In this document: piece after piece, positions 1-10,310 of the stretch
How the letters are laid out: each line of letters starts with the position of its first letter
Position numbering within the stretch: the first letter of the stretch is position 1
Assembly (NCBI GenBank): GCA_965226795.1
Contig: CBDDDZ010000005.1
Location: forward strand, 2,528,001-2,592,000
DNA: 64,000 nucleotides
Direction: 5' to 3'
DNA from: Candidatus Latescibacterota bacterium
Lineage (GTDB): Bacteria; Latescibacterota; UBA2968; GCA-2709665
The notes under the pieces: generated by a model
Told to the model about the DNA's origin: nothing
The model's database searches: none
Seen by the model: the letters and a program-made list of their open reading frames with translations, nothing else
Translations under genes and position numbers: made by a program

Positions 1-1684
1 TCGCCGTTTCAAAATGCACAGCCGCCCGATCGTATTCCCTCAGGCCGTAGCAGGCGTTGCCCATCTGGAAGTGGGCTTCCACGAACTCCGGCTTCAGCGC
101 AATCACCTTTTCGAAATTCGTCATTGCCCTTTCGTACTTCCCGGTATCGTAATATAAGTTGCCGAGGTTGTAATAGGCCTCCACGAAATCCGGCTTCAGT
201 GCAATCACCTTCTGAAAGTATGCCGCCGCTCGATCAAACCTCTTCATGTCATAATACAGATTGCCGAGATTGTAATAACCGCCCGCAAACTCCGGATCGA
301 CTACAACAACCTTCTCGTATGCCCGGATCGCCTGGACGCGCCTGCCTTGATCCCTGTGGTAGACCCCAAGCGTCTCCCATCCGTGCGACCGGGCGTGCGC
401 CGACAGGTTTCTCCCTTCCAGGTGGCTCGTAAAACGCGCTTCGGCGGACGGCACGTCCGCGTTAACGCCGATCCAGAACAATGCGTGCAGGGCTGCGGCC
501 GCGCAGATCAAACCGCCGGTATTCGCCGAAGTATATCGGTCCCGATGCTCACGGACTACCGTAAGCGCCGTCCAGAGCGTAAGAGGCAAAGCGGCGAAAG
601 CAAACACATCCCAATCCCTGAAAGCACCGAGTTCAGGGTTGGCCACAACGGTAAACAGAACCGGAAACAGTGCGGCAACCAGAACAAACTGTCGACCGGA
701 TCCCCGAAACGAACGCCTCCTCCGGCAAAGAATCAGAACCAGCAACGAAGAAGGCGCAACGAGGAAATATTGATTCGTGAAATCCACCAGTTTGCCGATT
801 GAAAACAACCGGTAGTGTTGTTTGGGACCGGGTTCGGCAAACAGATTCAGGATATAAAATCCCTGTCGTTTTTGTAAATACGCGATCAGATCGAACTGAA
901 TCAGCAGGAGCGCGCCGAAAAAAACGGCCCCGCATACCAGCAAGGCGAGCGCTGCTTTCGCGGCCGACCGGCCTGGCGTCCGTGATCCGGACATTCCATC
1001 GGCCCGGCCTTTGAGTAACGCCAGCGCCACCAGGGAAGGTGCAAGCGTCATCATCGCAATGTGGAGTGCCATCATAATGCCGAGCAACGCCGCGGGCGCC
1101 CAGAGCGTCACTCTGCCTTGGAGCGCCCGTATGCCCAGGAGCAGGTAAAGCAGCATGATCGGGAACAGTATCGCATAATTTTCGACATACGCGAAAAAAA
1201 GCTGCATGAACCCGGCCCCCAGCAACAGGGCCAGAATCAGAAAACGCTCCAGTGCGTCCTTTCCCAGGAACCGGGCGGCATACCTGACAACAACCACGAT
1301 ACAGGATTCCGGACACACAACTGTATATCCGATACGTGGTCTCGGCGGAATCCCAGACCGCCGCTCCAGCCCGTGGAACCCCCGGATGATCCAGAACGTC
1401 AGCGGCGCGCGATCCGTTCTGGGGATTTCAGACCAGAAATCATCCAATTCACGCATCAGCATGATCCCGTCGCCGAGCAGATGCACAGCGGAACGCATGC
1501 CCCAGAAGACCACAAGGCCGCCGAACAGAAGCAAAAACCATGAAATAACGGATCGCCGGAAGAGACCGCCGCGGTCGCATAACCCGGCCAGCTCCGACGT
1601 CCACAACCCCAGGCGCTGCCGAGCGGCCAAAAACAGCAACGCCACACTCAACAGGACGAATATCACCCGCGGCCAGGACGTCAT
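1..1684 (-). CDS. Polytopic membrane protein (GT-C-like) with C-terminal TPRs; runs off the left edge and carries apparent frameshift lesions
   Basis: Manual translation from ATG 1684 is open to base 1: ...HLLGDG...FFAYVENY...NPELGAFRDWD, then TPRs (YYNLGNLYYD x2, KVIALKPxFVEA x2). A probable further N-terminus (LHVLFAYWQPVSVWGADFL) lies in another frame at 1685-1769. Not in the ORF track because it has no stop in the window. Confidence 0.75.
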   Translation of the reverse strand, partial: MTSWPRVIFVLLSVALLFLAARQRLGLWTSELAGLCDRGGLFRRSVISWFLLLFGGLVVFWGMRSAVHLLGDGIMLMRELDDFWSEIPRTDRAPLTFWIIRGFHGLERRSGIPPRPRIGYTVVCPESCIVVVVRYAARFLGKDALERFLILALLLGAGFMQLFFAYVENYAILFPIMLLYLLLGIRALQGRVTLWAPAALLGIMMALHIAMMTLAPSLVALALLKGRADGMSGSRTPGRSAAKAALALLVCGAVFFGALLLIQFDLIAYLQKRQGFYILNLFAEPGPKQHYRLFSIGKLVDFTNQYFLVAPSSLLVLILCRRRRSFRGSGRQFVLVAALFPVLFTVVANPELGAFRDWDVFAFAALPLTLWTALTVVREHRDRYTSANTGGLICAAAALHALFWIGVNADVPSAEARFTSHLEGRNLSAHARSHGWETLGVYHRDQGRRVQAIRAYEKVVVVDPEFAGGYYNLGNLYYDMKRFDRAAAYFQKVIALKPDFVEAYYNLGNLYYDTGKYERAMTNFEKVIALKPEFVEAHFQMGNACYGLREYDRAAVHFETA

Positions 1685-1889
1685 GGAACCGCAAGAAATC
1701 CGCGCCCCATACAGACACGGGCTGCCAGTAAGCGAACAGAACATGCAGGCCGAGAAAGAACCCCACCACAATGATTGGCTTACAGGCTTGATCTACATTG
1801 CGTCGAACCGTCCGTTCTCAATTCAGAATCTGCGGACCGACTCAGACGCCATCGGATCCGCCCGGCGCGCCCGGCGAAGCCCGGCGCAC

Positions 1890-4227
1890 GATCCTACCTG
1901 ACCATACCCGTTCCGGCAAGTAGCAACACCATCGGCGATCAGGAGGTAGAACCCGGCGAGAGCGCCGGCTCCAGTACGATCCGGCTCTCGCCCGGACCGA
2001 GCTTTAGCGCCACAAAGTGACCGGGTCGTGTACGGCCGTGCATCGTCCATTCACGGTAACCCGCTGGTAGGGATAGGCCGTATAAGCGAGCCGCGCAAAA
2101 CAGGTAGCACTGGCCTGCACGACCAGTTCGACCCGCTGGTTCCACACCCGGTGCGCCAAAACCTTCACCCGCGGCGACGTGCCCCTTCCCTCCCGTGTTC
2201 GTCCGCCAGTAGAATCTGCTTGCACGTACGGTTCTGTAAATCAACGTCCATGGCCTGCAGCAACTTCAAATAATCGCTCAGTGCGCGGCTCTGCATCCGG
2301 CGCGCTTCCCGTTCATCTACGTCCAACCCGGAACGGGCGCGGCCCTGCAGTTCCCGTACCGGATAGGGCCATCCCGGCTCGACTACCACAATGGGGACTG
2401 GCTTCAGGAAATTCCGAAAGATCCGGTCCTGTTCCGAGTCGGAATACAGCAGGTGGCGGGTGTTCATCAGGAAGAGCCCGACGCGGATCATGTCGAATCC
2501 AGGCATTTCGTTCAGGCCGGCCCCGCCTTCCAGACGCTGCAACGACAGATGAAGCACATCCTGGAAACGCCGGACAAAGGCCGGTACCGACAGCGGGTAC
2601 TGCGTAAGTGTTGTCTAGGTATCCAGAGGTGTCGACAGGCCCGTATGCAGGGCCAACCAGGGAATGATGAAGTGGTAATAGATTTTATTGGTTGTATGAA
2701 ACAGCCGATATCCCGGAAGCTGCCCGTCGGCATACGCGTCAAGCTCCTCCCGGAGCCGCTTGTAGACGGGATGATGCTGTAAGGGAAGCGGCTTCGCGAT
2801 CGGCCAGGCGTTCGGATCCCGCCGCAGACCCTGCAATGCGCGCGGGCCGATTGTGGACTCCACACCACGAGACCGGTACGGCTGTTGAAAGGTCGTTGGG
2901 CCCAGGTCTTCCAGAACGACCACAAGGATCACCACGAAGACCCCGACGGGGCGTTCCGCCCCGCGGCGCGCGCGGCCGTAAACAACCCCACCAGCACCGC
3001 GACAAAGAACACCACAAACAGCAGGTAGCGAGACGCGTTCATCGCCTGCACCACACCGAGGGTCTTCAGCACCGGCCATCGGTAACCAAATACCAGCAGC
3101 AGCGACCCGATCAGGCAAAGGCCGACGGGAAATCCCGCTGCGCGCGCTTCGGCCCGTTCCGTGCGGACAGTCCGTACGAGTCCCCACACCGCGATCGCGA
3201 CAAGACTCGCCCCGAGATATCCGCCGTACCAGTGGTCCTGTGCCTGAAAAAGCCGGAACCGGTGGTTCGACCAAAACAGCAAATGCCGCCAGGTCGGCAC
3301 CGGAAAATCAGACATATAGAATCCGGCGTGAAGCCCGGTCAATCCCCGTTCCACGACCATGGGAACGGTCAGGTAAGCACCGAGAAACGCGCCGCCGCCG
3401 ATGGCCTGGGAAAGGGGATTCGAATTTTTCCGAAGCCCCTCCCAGAAGTAAAACGGCAATGGCAGCAGAGCATAAAACAGGGACAGCGGCAGCCTGCCCA
3501 TAATGAGGACCTGCTGCGTGTGCCAGAAACCCAACACATAGGCAAGCCCCGCTGCGAATCCGGCCTGCCGGGAGCCGGTCAGACGCCGCACAAAGAGATA
3601 TGCGCCAAGCCCGGATAGCGCATGGGCCGCACCAAGCACCAACTTGGTCGACCAGAACGGGGCCTGGAACGCAAGATTCACCAGACCGACAAGGTAGTAG
3701 AACAGGAAGCCGTAAAACTGCAGGTATGGCGTGCCATTTCAGAAGTAATGCGTCCAGATCGGGATCTCGCCCTGCGCCATTGACGTTGCCGCCAACCAGG
3801 CGTAGGCAACGTGCAAATACGTGTCGGCGCCATGCGCAAACGCCCCTCCGGAAAAATAAAAGCGAACCAGAATCAGGCTCCCCAGAACAAGGAACACGAC
3901 CGTTCGCTTTTCACTTGCGAAAATTTGCTCGAAAAACGCCGACAGCCGCCGCCCGCGCCACTCCAAAAAGATCAGAGACACTACCACCGCAAGAATCAGC
4001 AGCGATAGTGATACATCGAACGCATCGACCGCGACGAACCTCCGGGCAACTGAGAGAAAACCCCGAAGACTTTGATACCGTATGCCCGGACGAAGAATCC
4101 CGAATTTATCCAGCGTCACATACTGAAATACAATTAGCAGCCCCGCCAGCAACGCCAGCAGGGCCGACACGTCCACGGGCCATCCGGTCTTTTTCGGTCC
4201 TTCCGGCCGTTTCAAGACGTTCTCCAC
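1890..4227 (-). pseudogene. Fragmented PTPS-related/YfhO-like (GT-C fold) membrane protein
   Basis: One protein can be stitched from ORFs 3739-4227, 2929-3681, 2615-3274 (3' part), 2165-2557, 2004-2225 and 1939-2244. In-frame TGA at 3739-3741 (IPIWTHYF*NGTPYLQFYG), in-frame TAG at 2615-2617, frameshifts near 2970, 2190 and 2030. Confidence 0.75.
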
Positions 4228-4299
4228 GTTTCTATTCCGGCAGGCCGCCGAGGCAGATGCCGGTTGCGATCCATGAACCCGGCCCCCGCCGCCGAAATC

Positions 4300-4938
4300 T
4301 TATTCGAAAGAAATCCCGACTCGAACGGGGAAAAGCTGCGTGCTTCCCCGCTCTCCTGAGGTAAATCCGACCTCAAACCGCCCTTCGACAAAGAGATGCG
4401 TGCGGTCTGTCAGCCGGATGTCGATCCCGGCGCCCGCGTTTACCGCAAACCCGGTTCCGGATTGCCCGGCAACATGGAAGGTATCGTTGCCGATCTCAAC
4501 CACCTCAATATCGGCTTCGAAATAGGACAGTATGCCCACGCCGCCGACCACGTATGGCACCGCCCTTACGTCCAGATCGTCCGAATCGATTGTTTTCGTG
4601 TACTTCAGGCTGCCAAAAGCGCCAAACAGGTTTTTTCCCCCGCCGCTGGTGCCGGTTACCACCTCGAGCGCATCGTTTTCCGCCTTGAATTTGCCCTCAT
4701 TAAATGCGAATCGGGCGTAACTGAACCTTCCCTGAACGGCCAGGCTGGGGTGAATGAAATACTCCACGCCAGCGCCCACGCCGATACCGGGATACCAGAA
4801 TTCCGAAAGAGAAATGGATGCGGGCGCGGCGACTCCTGCGCTAATGAAATAAACCGGCTTCTGCTGCGCTCCCGCGTCGCCCGCCCATCCGCCGGTCAAC
4901 AACTGTACTGCAACAAAAACAGACAACACTCTCATCAT
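4300..4938 (-). CDS. Small outer-membrane beta-barrel protein
   Basis: Signal peptide ending AGA-Q, amphipathic beta strands, PYVVGGVG and NAGAGID motifs, C-terminal ISFE. Confidence 0.85.
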   Translation of the reverse strand: MMRVLSVFVAVQLLTGGWAGDAGAQQKPVYFISAGVAAPASISLSEFWYPGIGVGAGVEYFIHPSLAVQGRFSYARFAFNEGKFKAENDALEVVTGTSGGGKNLFGAFGSLKYTKTIDSDDLDVRAVPYVVGGVGILSYFEADIEVVEIGNDTFHVAGQSGTGFAVNAGAGIDIRLTDRTHLFVEGRFEVGFTSGERGSTQLFPVRVGISFE

Positions 4939-4980
4939 ATCAAATTTCCTCTTTTCCGGCGCATAAAAGAAACACGACCA

Positions 4981-5006
4981 CTACGTCTCGCGTCTCACGT
5001 CTTACC
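4981..5006. repeat. Heptamer tandem repeats, TCT(C/T)ACG type
   Basis: ctacg-tctcgcg-tctcacg-tcttacc; the same unit occurs at 6758-6834. Confidence 0.5.
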
Positions 5007-6342
5007 TCAAATCGCCCTCCTGCAGCCGCCCCCAACCCTGGAGAATGGATGGGATCATCTGTACGGGTTGTCCGGCTTTACAGAATACCGCCCAGAGGAC
5101 ATCCCAGACCTGCGGATGCCACTGGCACAGATCGATCCAGTCCGCGCAGGGCGTACTGTCGTCTTCCTTCCGGTCCACCCGGCCGCCGATCACCGGATCA
5201 TCCACCGACCCGTTCCACATCTGATCCAGCAGGGTATGCGCGAAACGCTTCATATCGGCGTTGTTGAACACCACGCCGCGCCGGCAGGCATCGATTGCAA
5301 ATCCGATATCGATCCGCCCGTGACTGGTATCTTCAATGGCGCTGTGCCCGGGTGCGCCGGCCTCGATCCAGTCCCAGTAGTACCAGGTATACGCCCGACC
5401 TGTTTTCCATAGATGCCTTTTGAAATTCTTCGCCATCCGCTGCGCCCGGTCCGCAAACAGCGGCTTCCGCGACACGTTTTGCAGCGCCAGATATGCGCGC
5501 CCCAACGCCAGGTATTGATTGTGCGGCATGATCCGGTTCGGAAACCGTTCCGTCATCCACGGAGAAAACCGATATCCGCCGGACGCCGGGGATGAATCCA
5601 CCCAGTCACGCTCGTGCTTATCGGCAATCTGCGTTCCGATAAATCGGAGATAGGTTCGGGCTTTGTCCCCGAATTTCACCTTCAACTCCGCATTCCGGAA
5701 GGCGTGCTCGATAAAGCGGCTCACCGGATGCAGGAACATTCCCTGGTGGACGATATACTCCAGCGGCTCACCGGCGAAAACCTGCACCCAGAACCGGTCT
5801 CCAGCGCGCGCTGTCCCCTCGATGCTTATCTTAAACGGCGCAAAACCGTTCAGGGTCGCGCCGGGTCGGAACCGGCCTCCCGCCAAAACCTTTCTTGTTC
5901 CATACTCCTGGACGGCGTACCGCCGTCCAGGGAGAATTTCCACAACGCGAACGGTATCCCGAGCCATATCACCGCCCCGGATCACCCAAACCCGTTCCTC
6001 TTCAGGCGCGATGCGGGCCGTACCCCGGTTGTGCATCGACCCTGTTCTCACCAGCGCCACCGAATAGACCGGCGTGACCCAGGTGGCGTAACTATCGGCA
6101 AAGTGGTCCTGCCGGGTACCCATCATCCGATCGAAATGGTCCACCATCTTGTCCAACCACGCCGGATCAGCGGTTGCTTCGTAAAGCTTCACGTATGCGT
6201 CGAGAAACCCACTCTCGCCCCACCCCAGAACCCCGGAGTCCGGTTCGTCGGAACTTCCCTTGCCCTGATTGTGTGACCGGTCATAACCGGCGAACCTCTC
6301 AACCAGTTCGTCCCGATCAAAAGGCGCGACACGCCCGCACAT
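5002..6342 (-). CDS. Hypothetical (alpha/alpha)-toroid-like protein, possibly glycosidase/epimerase
   Basis: ORF 5002-6426; better start ATG 6342 after AGGAGG. Helical motifs LYEATADPAWLD, PHNQYL, EDTSH. No signal peptide. Confidence 0.6.
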   Translation of the reverse strand: MCGRVAPFDRDELVERFAGYDRSHNQGKGSSDEPDSGVLGWGESGFLDAYVKLYEATADPAWLDKMVDHFDRMMGTRQDHFADSYATWVTPVYSVALVRTGSMHNRGTARIAPEEERVWVIRGGDMARDTVRVVEILPGRRYAVQEYGTRKVLAGGRFRPGATLNGFAPFKISIEGTARAGDRFWVQVFAGEPLEYIVHQGMFLHPVSRFIEHAFRNAELKVKFGDKARTYLRFIGTQIADKHERDWVDSSPASGGYRFSPWMTERFPNRIMPHNQYLALGRAYLALQNVSRKPLFADRAQRMAKNFKRHLWKTGRAYTWYYWDWIEAGAPGHSAIEDTSHGRIDIGFAIDACRRGVVFNNADMKRFAHTLLDQMWNGSVDDPVIGGRVDRKEDDSTPCADWIDLCQWHPQVWDVLWAVFCKAGQPVQMIPSILQGWGRLQEGDLR

Positions 6343-6414
6343 ACCTGCCTCCTGTTCACATGCTCTCAAGCGACTCGTCCGTGCACAACTCCCCGATCGC
6401 TTCATCGGTAAACG

Positions 6415-6536
6415 TCCCACTGTCATGCTGAGGAAGCCAAATGGTCGACGATGTCTCCGCGCAAATGTGTTTACTGCGTTTCTGCCTTAAGGACAATCGA
6501 ACCGGCGGGAGATTCTTCGACTCCGCTCAGAATGAC
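6415..6536. repeat. REP-like palindromic element, copy 1
   Basis: tcccactgtcatgctgaggaagcc ... gaaccggcgggagattcttcgactccgctcagaatgac; ends are imperfectly complementary. Confidence 0.85.
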
Positions 6537-6564
6537 GTGTTGGCCGATAGTCGAACACGTCGCT

Positions 6565-6756
6565 TCCCACTGTCATGCTGAGGAAGCCCCCAGGCTGACG
6601 AAGCATCTACTGCGGCATCGGATGATGTGAGAGTGTCCGAACCACAACGCCGCCTGCCGCACAGCACGACACCACGTTCAGCCGAACCGGCGGGAGATTC
6701 TTCGACTCCGCTCAGAATGACAGGAAGGCCGATGGTCAGGCGTGTGAGATCCCTTC
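6565..6756. repeat. REP-like palindromic element, copy 2 (tandem)
   Basis: Same left and right arms as copy 1, followed by gagatcccttc. Confidence 0.85.
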
Positions 6757-6759
6757 AAC

Positions 6760-6834
6760 GTGAGACGTAAGACATGAAGAAAACGATTGTGGTGGGGTGC
6801 CGGGACCTCTTCCGTCTTGCTTCTTACGTCTCAC
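6760..6834. repeat. 13-bp inverted repeat built of heptamer units; possible 3' hairpin of the GWxTD gene
   Basis: gtgagacgtaaga (6760-6772) / tcttacgtctcac (6822-6834). Confidence 0.6.
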
Positions 6835-6866
6835 CGGCGGGGAGATGGGTGGGGGGACGGGCTTGC

Positions 6867-9800
6867 TCACTGAACGTAGAATCCCGTCTGTCGGTTCGAT
6901 GTCAGACCGCTGTTCAGATCGGTCACCTCAATTTCCAAAATATACTGTCCGGGCTTGGTGGATTTCAGATCCAGTTCCATGTACACCTCTTCCGACTCCG
7001 AGTTTCCAAGCTGCTCGTATCCCACTGCAAGCTCCTGTTTTCTGCCCGTCAGTACGCGCACCAACTGCGAGACCACCCCGCTTGCCGTACGCCCCTGTAC
7101 TCCCTTGGGCTGAATCGTATATTCCACCTTGTAACGGGTCTGCCCGAATTCGTCCTGCCTGAGGCGGTAAATTTCATAATAGACAAATACGCCCTGGTTC
7201 CTTCCAAACGTGCGTGTCGGGATGGGAATGACCCGAAGGCCGCCCTTCTTAAACTTATCCAAGTCGTTCGATTCGGCAATCGAATACGCCATTTGCAACT
7301 CGCTCAACTGCAGAAAAGCCCTCTCGTAATTGTCAATCACAACCTCCTGCCGGTACCGACCCTGCCTACCGGACAGTCTGTCCTTGATTTGCACCTCCAT
7401 CCGGTAGGTGCCAGGGGGCACGTCCAGCCGGACCAGGTCGGGTACAAAGCCACCACGCGCCCCGGTTAAATCGCCGCCGCCGCGGAATTCGAGATTGCCC
7501 TGCCGGCGATAAACCGACCCGTTGCGCGAATTGTTCAACGCCACGGAACGCTCCAGAAACATTTCGGTTTCGTCCCGATCCTCAAGGTATTTGCCGAGAT
7601 TGTAGGGCGCACCGAAGTAGACCTCCACGAACGACCGCTGGCCCCCCTCATCCTGGCGGAAGTTGGCCAGATCGAAATAGAACTCCAGCGGCGACTTATT
7701 CTCCGGCGGCTTGTAATAGTCCGGCGTAACCAGGGCGGCCTGTTCAGCCACGGACCGTGGATTGAACTGGTTGAACCGGGTCAGTTGCTGCATGGGAATG
7801 CGCACGTCCATCGGCGGCGGCGCATAGTCGAACTCGCCCCGCATATGTTCGTCTGTAAACGTTATTTCGATTCCGCCATTCACATCGGTATAAACCCAGA
7901 CCTCCCAGGGAACCATCGAGGCATCGTCCTGAGAGGTTACGGCCTTGTATGCAAAGTCGTTGACGGCGTTACCCAGGCCCATAGCGCCGCCCTGCATCTG
8001 TACACCTTCGAACCGGAGCAACTCCAGGGACTCACCCGTCACCTCATTGTTCGCGGTAATGCCCGAACTGAAAGTAATGCTCTGGCGCTGGGTCTCACCC
8101 CCGGCTGTTTCCCGAGCGTTTCTGTCGTCACGTTGGGCGACGGAGGTGAGATCCTCCACCTGGCGGTCCCCGGCGAACCCGTCGCCCAGGTTCGTGCCAC
8201 CGCTGAGATTCGACTTCAGGCTGCGCACCGCGTACACCGGGCCGCCCATGAAACTCATCTGCAACGCCGCCGACCCGTACATCTGCCGGGCAATGCGCTC
8301 CCGCACACGCTGCACCTTCAGGCTCTGGTTGTAGTTCTTCATATTGGACTGAGACCGGTAATCGGGCTCGCCAAACCGGATGTACACCTCACCCCGCCGG
8401 TCCCATGGCTGTCTGCCCTTCGAAAAAGCCCCCAGCGCGTACCAGACCCGTCTGTAGTGCTCCAACTGGCGCTCGTTAATCGACGTGGTCAGGTCCGGGT
8501 CGTGTGCCGTCCAGAACCGTTTGACCCGTTCGACGCGAGCCGAGCGATCGGCCTGCTCATACAGTTTGCGTTCCTCCGGAGACATCAGAAGGACCGGATC
8601 GTGATACAGCGCCCCCTCCTCCCCTGTGGCCGCCTGCAGGTACTCGCTGAAATATCTGTCCGCCCACTCGAGCCGTCCCAACTGGACGCAGGCCTGTGCC
8701 AGCACGGCCAGGACCCCGGTGTCATCGGGATGCTCCCGAACATAATCCGTAAGCAAGGTCACGATCCGCTCATAATTTCGCGACCTCAGGTACACACCGG
8801 CCAGCCGCTTCCTCCCCTCAGGATCTTCCGGCTTCAACGTCATGTATCGCGCGTAGAGGAGGGCCGCCCGTTCGAAATCCTCCTCCTGGACCTCGTACCA
8901 CTCCCCCAAGAGCAGATAGGCGGGCGCAAACGTCGGATCGATATCAATGACCTTCTCCACGTCGTATTTCGCGTCGTGCTCTTGCAGGCTGTGCCGAAGC
9001 CTGGCTATATTGAAACGCGCTTCCAGGTAATCCCGGTTGTACTGCAGCGCCTTCGTATAGTATCGGATCGCGTCATACCGCGCTTTCGGACGCCTTTCGA
9101 ATACCTGCCCGAGCCCGTTGTATGCTTCAGCCATCCTGTGGTCCAGCCGAACCGCGCGTTCGAACGAAAGCAGCGCGGCGTCCGGATCTTTGGACTTCAG
9201 ATACGCATAGCCCAACTGACAATGCCCGCGCGCGGACTTAGGCGCCATCAGCGTGACCACCTGCAGCACGGGCACCGAGGCCGGCGCGTCCTTCGCCAGC
9301 ACCCGTCGGCCCACGTCCAGCAACGAATCGACCTGCGCCGTTCCCACCAACCTGTCCATCACCTCGAACCCGTCCCCACGCCGAATCAGTTCCAGCAGCC
9401 GACCGCGATGATAAGGGCTGATCACCATCGCCTCGCCGTCTGCGGCGGCGGGCCGATAAAAATAACTGATTAGGCTTTTCTTCCGATCTCCGGGCGATCT
9501 GAACAACCGTTCAAGAATCCGCTCCTCCGCATCGTCCAGCCCCCCTGCACGCGCCGAAGCCTTCAACACCTCCAGGTTCACGGGCGGGCTGCCGTTGTTG
9601 AGTGGGCGGTATTCAAGTATCATATTCCCGATCGCGGACAGGTTCTCCCTGCAAACCCATCGGGCGCCCGCCGCACCGGCCATCCGCGACCTGCCCGCCA
9701 AGAGCTTTGCGTATGCCATCGCCGGCTTCGAATAGAGGAGGTCATCCCGCGCCAGCGCCTCAAACTGCTGGGCCGCACTTCGATAGAGATGCTGCGCGTG

Positions 9801-10310
9801 GCGAAATTCCCACTGATGCAGCGCCCCGTAGGCCAATTTCACCGACATCAACGCCTTTTCAACGCCCGCGAGGGAACGGTTGGGCCCGCTCCGCGGACCC
9901 CCGTTTTGAGCAGACTCCCACTCCACGTCGAGGCGTCCGAGTTCAACTTCCCCCGGACGCCGCACAACCGTGCCGTTTACCATCACCTCCCACACCTGGC
10001 CCTCCACCATAGGCACCGCCGCCTGCCCCAACCCGGAAAGGCGATATTCCCGCAACGGGCGATCCTTGTAGAATATCCTCCGTCCGTCCGCGGACATGCC
10101 CAGTTGTCCCGGTCGACCCGGAAAGGCGCCCAGCCTGTGTTCCGTTCCCTGTGCGTCCACGGACCAGACTTCGGTCAGGGCTGCCTGCCCGTTTTCGTAG
10201 CAAGCGGTCCAGATCCGTTGGCTATTGGACTCTGCTGGAACCGAAAGCCCGATCCCTGCCAGCAACCAGCAGGCGAAGACAAGAAAAAAGGCAAGTGAAC
10301 CGAAGGGCAT
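6867..10310 (-). CDS. GWxTD-domain TPR protein (large, exported)
   Basis: Signal-like N-terminus from ATG 10310 (ORF extends to 10397). TPRs (HCQLGYAYL, AYNGLGQVF). FWTAHDPDLTT..NE..EHYRRV..A..F..PWDRRGEVYIRFGEPD, WEVWVY, and a C-terminal beta-sandwich with VYYEIY and PGQYILEIEVTDL. Confidence 0.85.
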   Translation of the reverse strand: MPFGSLAFFLVFACWLLAGIGLSVPAESNSQRIWTACYENGQAALTEVWSVDAQGTEHRLGAFPGRPGQLGMSADGRRIFYKDRPLREYRLSGLGQAAVPMVEGQVWEVMVNGTVVRRPGEVELGRLDVEWESAQNGGPRSGPNRSLAGVEKALMSVKLAYGALHQWEFRHAQHLYRSAAQQFEALARDDLLYSKPAMAYAKLLAGRSRMAGAAGARWVCRENLSAIGNMILEYRPLNNGSPPVNLEVLKASARAGGLDDAEERILERLFRSPGDRKKSLISYFYRPAAADGEAMVISPYHRGRLLELIRRGDGFEVMDRLVGTAQVDSLLDVGRRVLAKDAPASVPVLQVVTLMAPKSARGHCQLGYAYLKSKDPDAALLSFERAVRLDHRMAEAYNGLGQVFERRPKARYDAIRYYTKALQYNRDYLEARFNIARLRHSLQEHDAKYDVEKVIDIDPTFAPAYLLLGEWYEVQEEDFERAALLYARYMTLKPEDPEGRKRLAGVYLRSRNYERIVTLLTDYVREHPDDTGVLAVLAQACVQLGRLEWADRYFSEYLQAATGEEGALYHDPVLLMSPEERKLYEQADRSARVERVKRFWTAHDPDLTTSINERQLEHYRRVWYALGAFSKGRQPWDRRGEVYIRFGEPDYRSQSNMKNYNQSLKVQRVRERIARQMYGSAALQMSFMGGPVYAVRSLKSNLSGGTNLGDGFAGDRQVEDLTSVAQRDDRNARETAGGETQRQSITFSSGITANNEVTGESLELLRFEGVQMQGGAMGLGNAVNDFAYKAVTSQDDASMVPWEVWVYTDVNGGIEITFTDEHMRGEFDYAPPPMDVRIPMQQLTRFNQFNPRSVAEQAALVTPDYYKPPENKSPLEFYFDLANFRQDEGGQRSFVEVYFGAPYNLGKYLEDRDETEMFLERSVALNNSRNGSVYRRQGNLEFRGGGDLTGARGGFVPDLVRLDVPPGTYRMEVQIKDRLSGRQGRYRQEVVIDNYERAFLQLSELQMAYSIAESNDLDKFKKGGLRVIPIPTRTFGRNQGVFVYYEIYRLRQDEFGQTRYKVEYTIQPKGVQGRTASGVVSQLVRVLTGRKQELAVGYEQLGNSESEEVYMELDLKSTKPGQYILEIEVTDLNSGLTSNRQTGFYVQ

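Noticed and set aside
60..300. Near-duplicate ~102-bp DNA repeats
   Set aside because: They encode consecutive 34-aa TPR units.
2615..2617. In-frame TAG as pyrrolysine or amber recoding
   Set aside because: No pyl genes in the window, TAG is used as a normal stop elsewhere, and the gene is otherwise broken.
3739..3741. In-frame TGA as selenocysteine or recoded stop
   Set aside because: No evident SECIS hairpin downstream, the same gene has frameshifts, and TGA ends many intact genes in the window.
6415..6756. Repeats as a CRISPR array
   Set aside because: Only two units with two alternating arms, irregular spacing and no cas genes; fits REP-like elements.
7785..9473. Long plus-strand ORF (562 aa) and similar antisense ORFs (e.g. 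18142-19515, 50272-51585)
   Set aside because: Shadow ORFs opposite well-supported genes in high-GC DNA, with no motifs.
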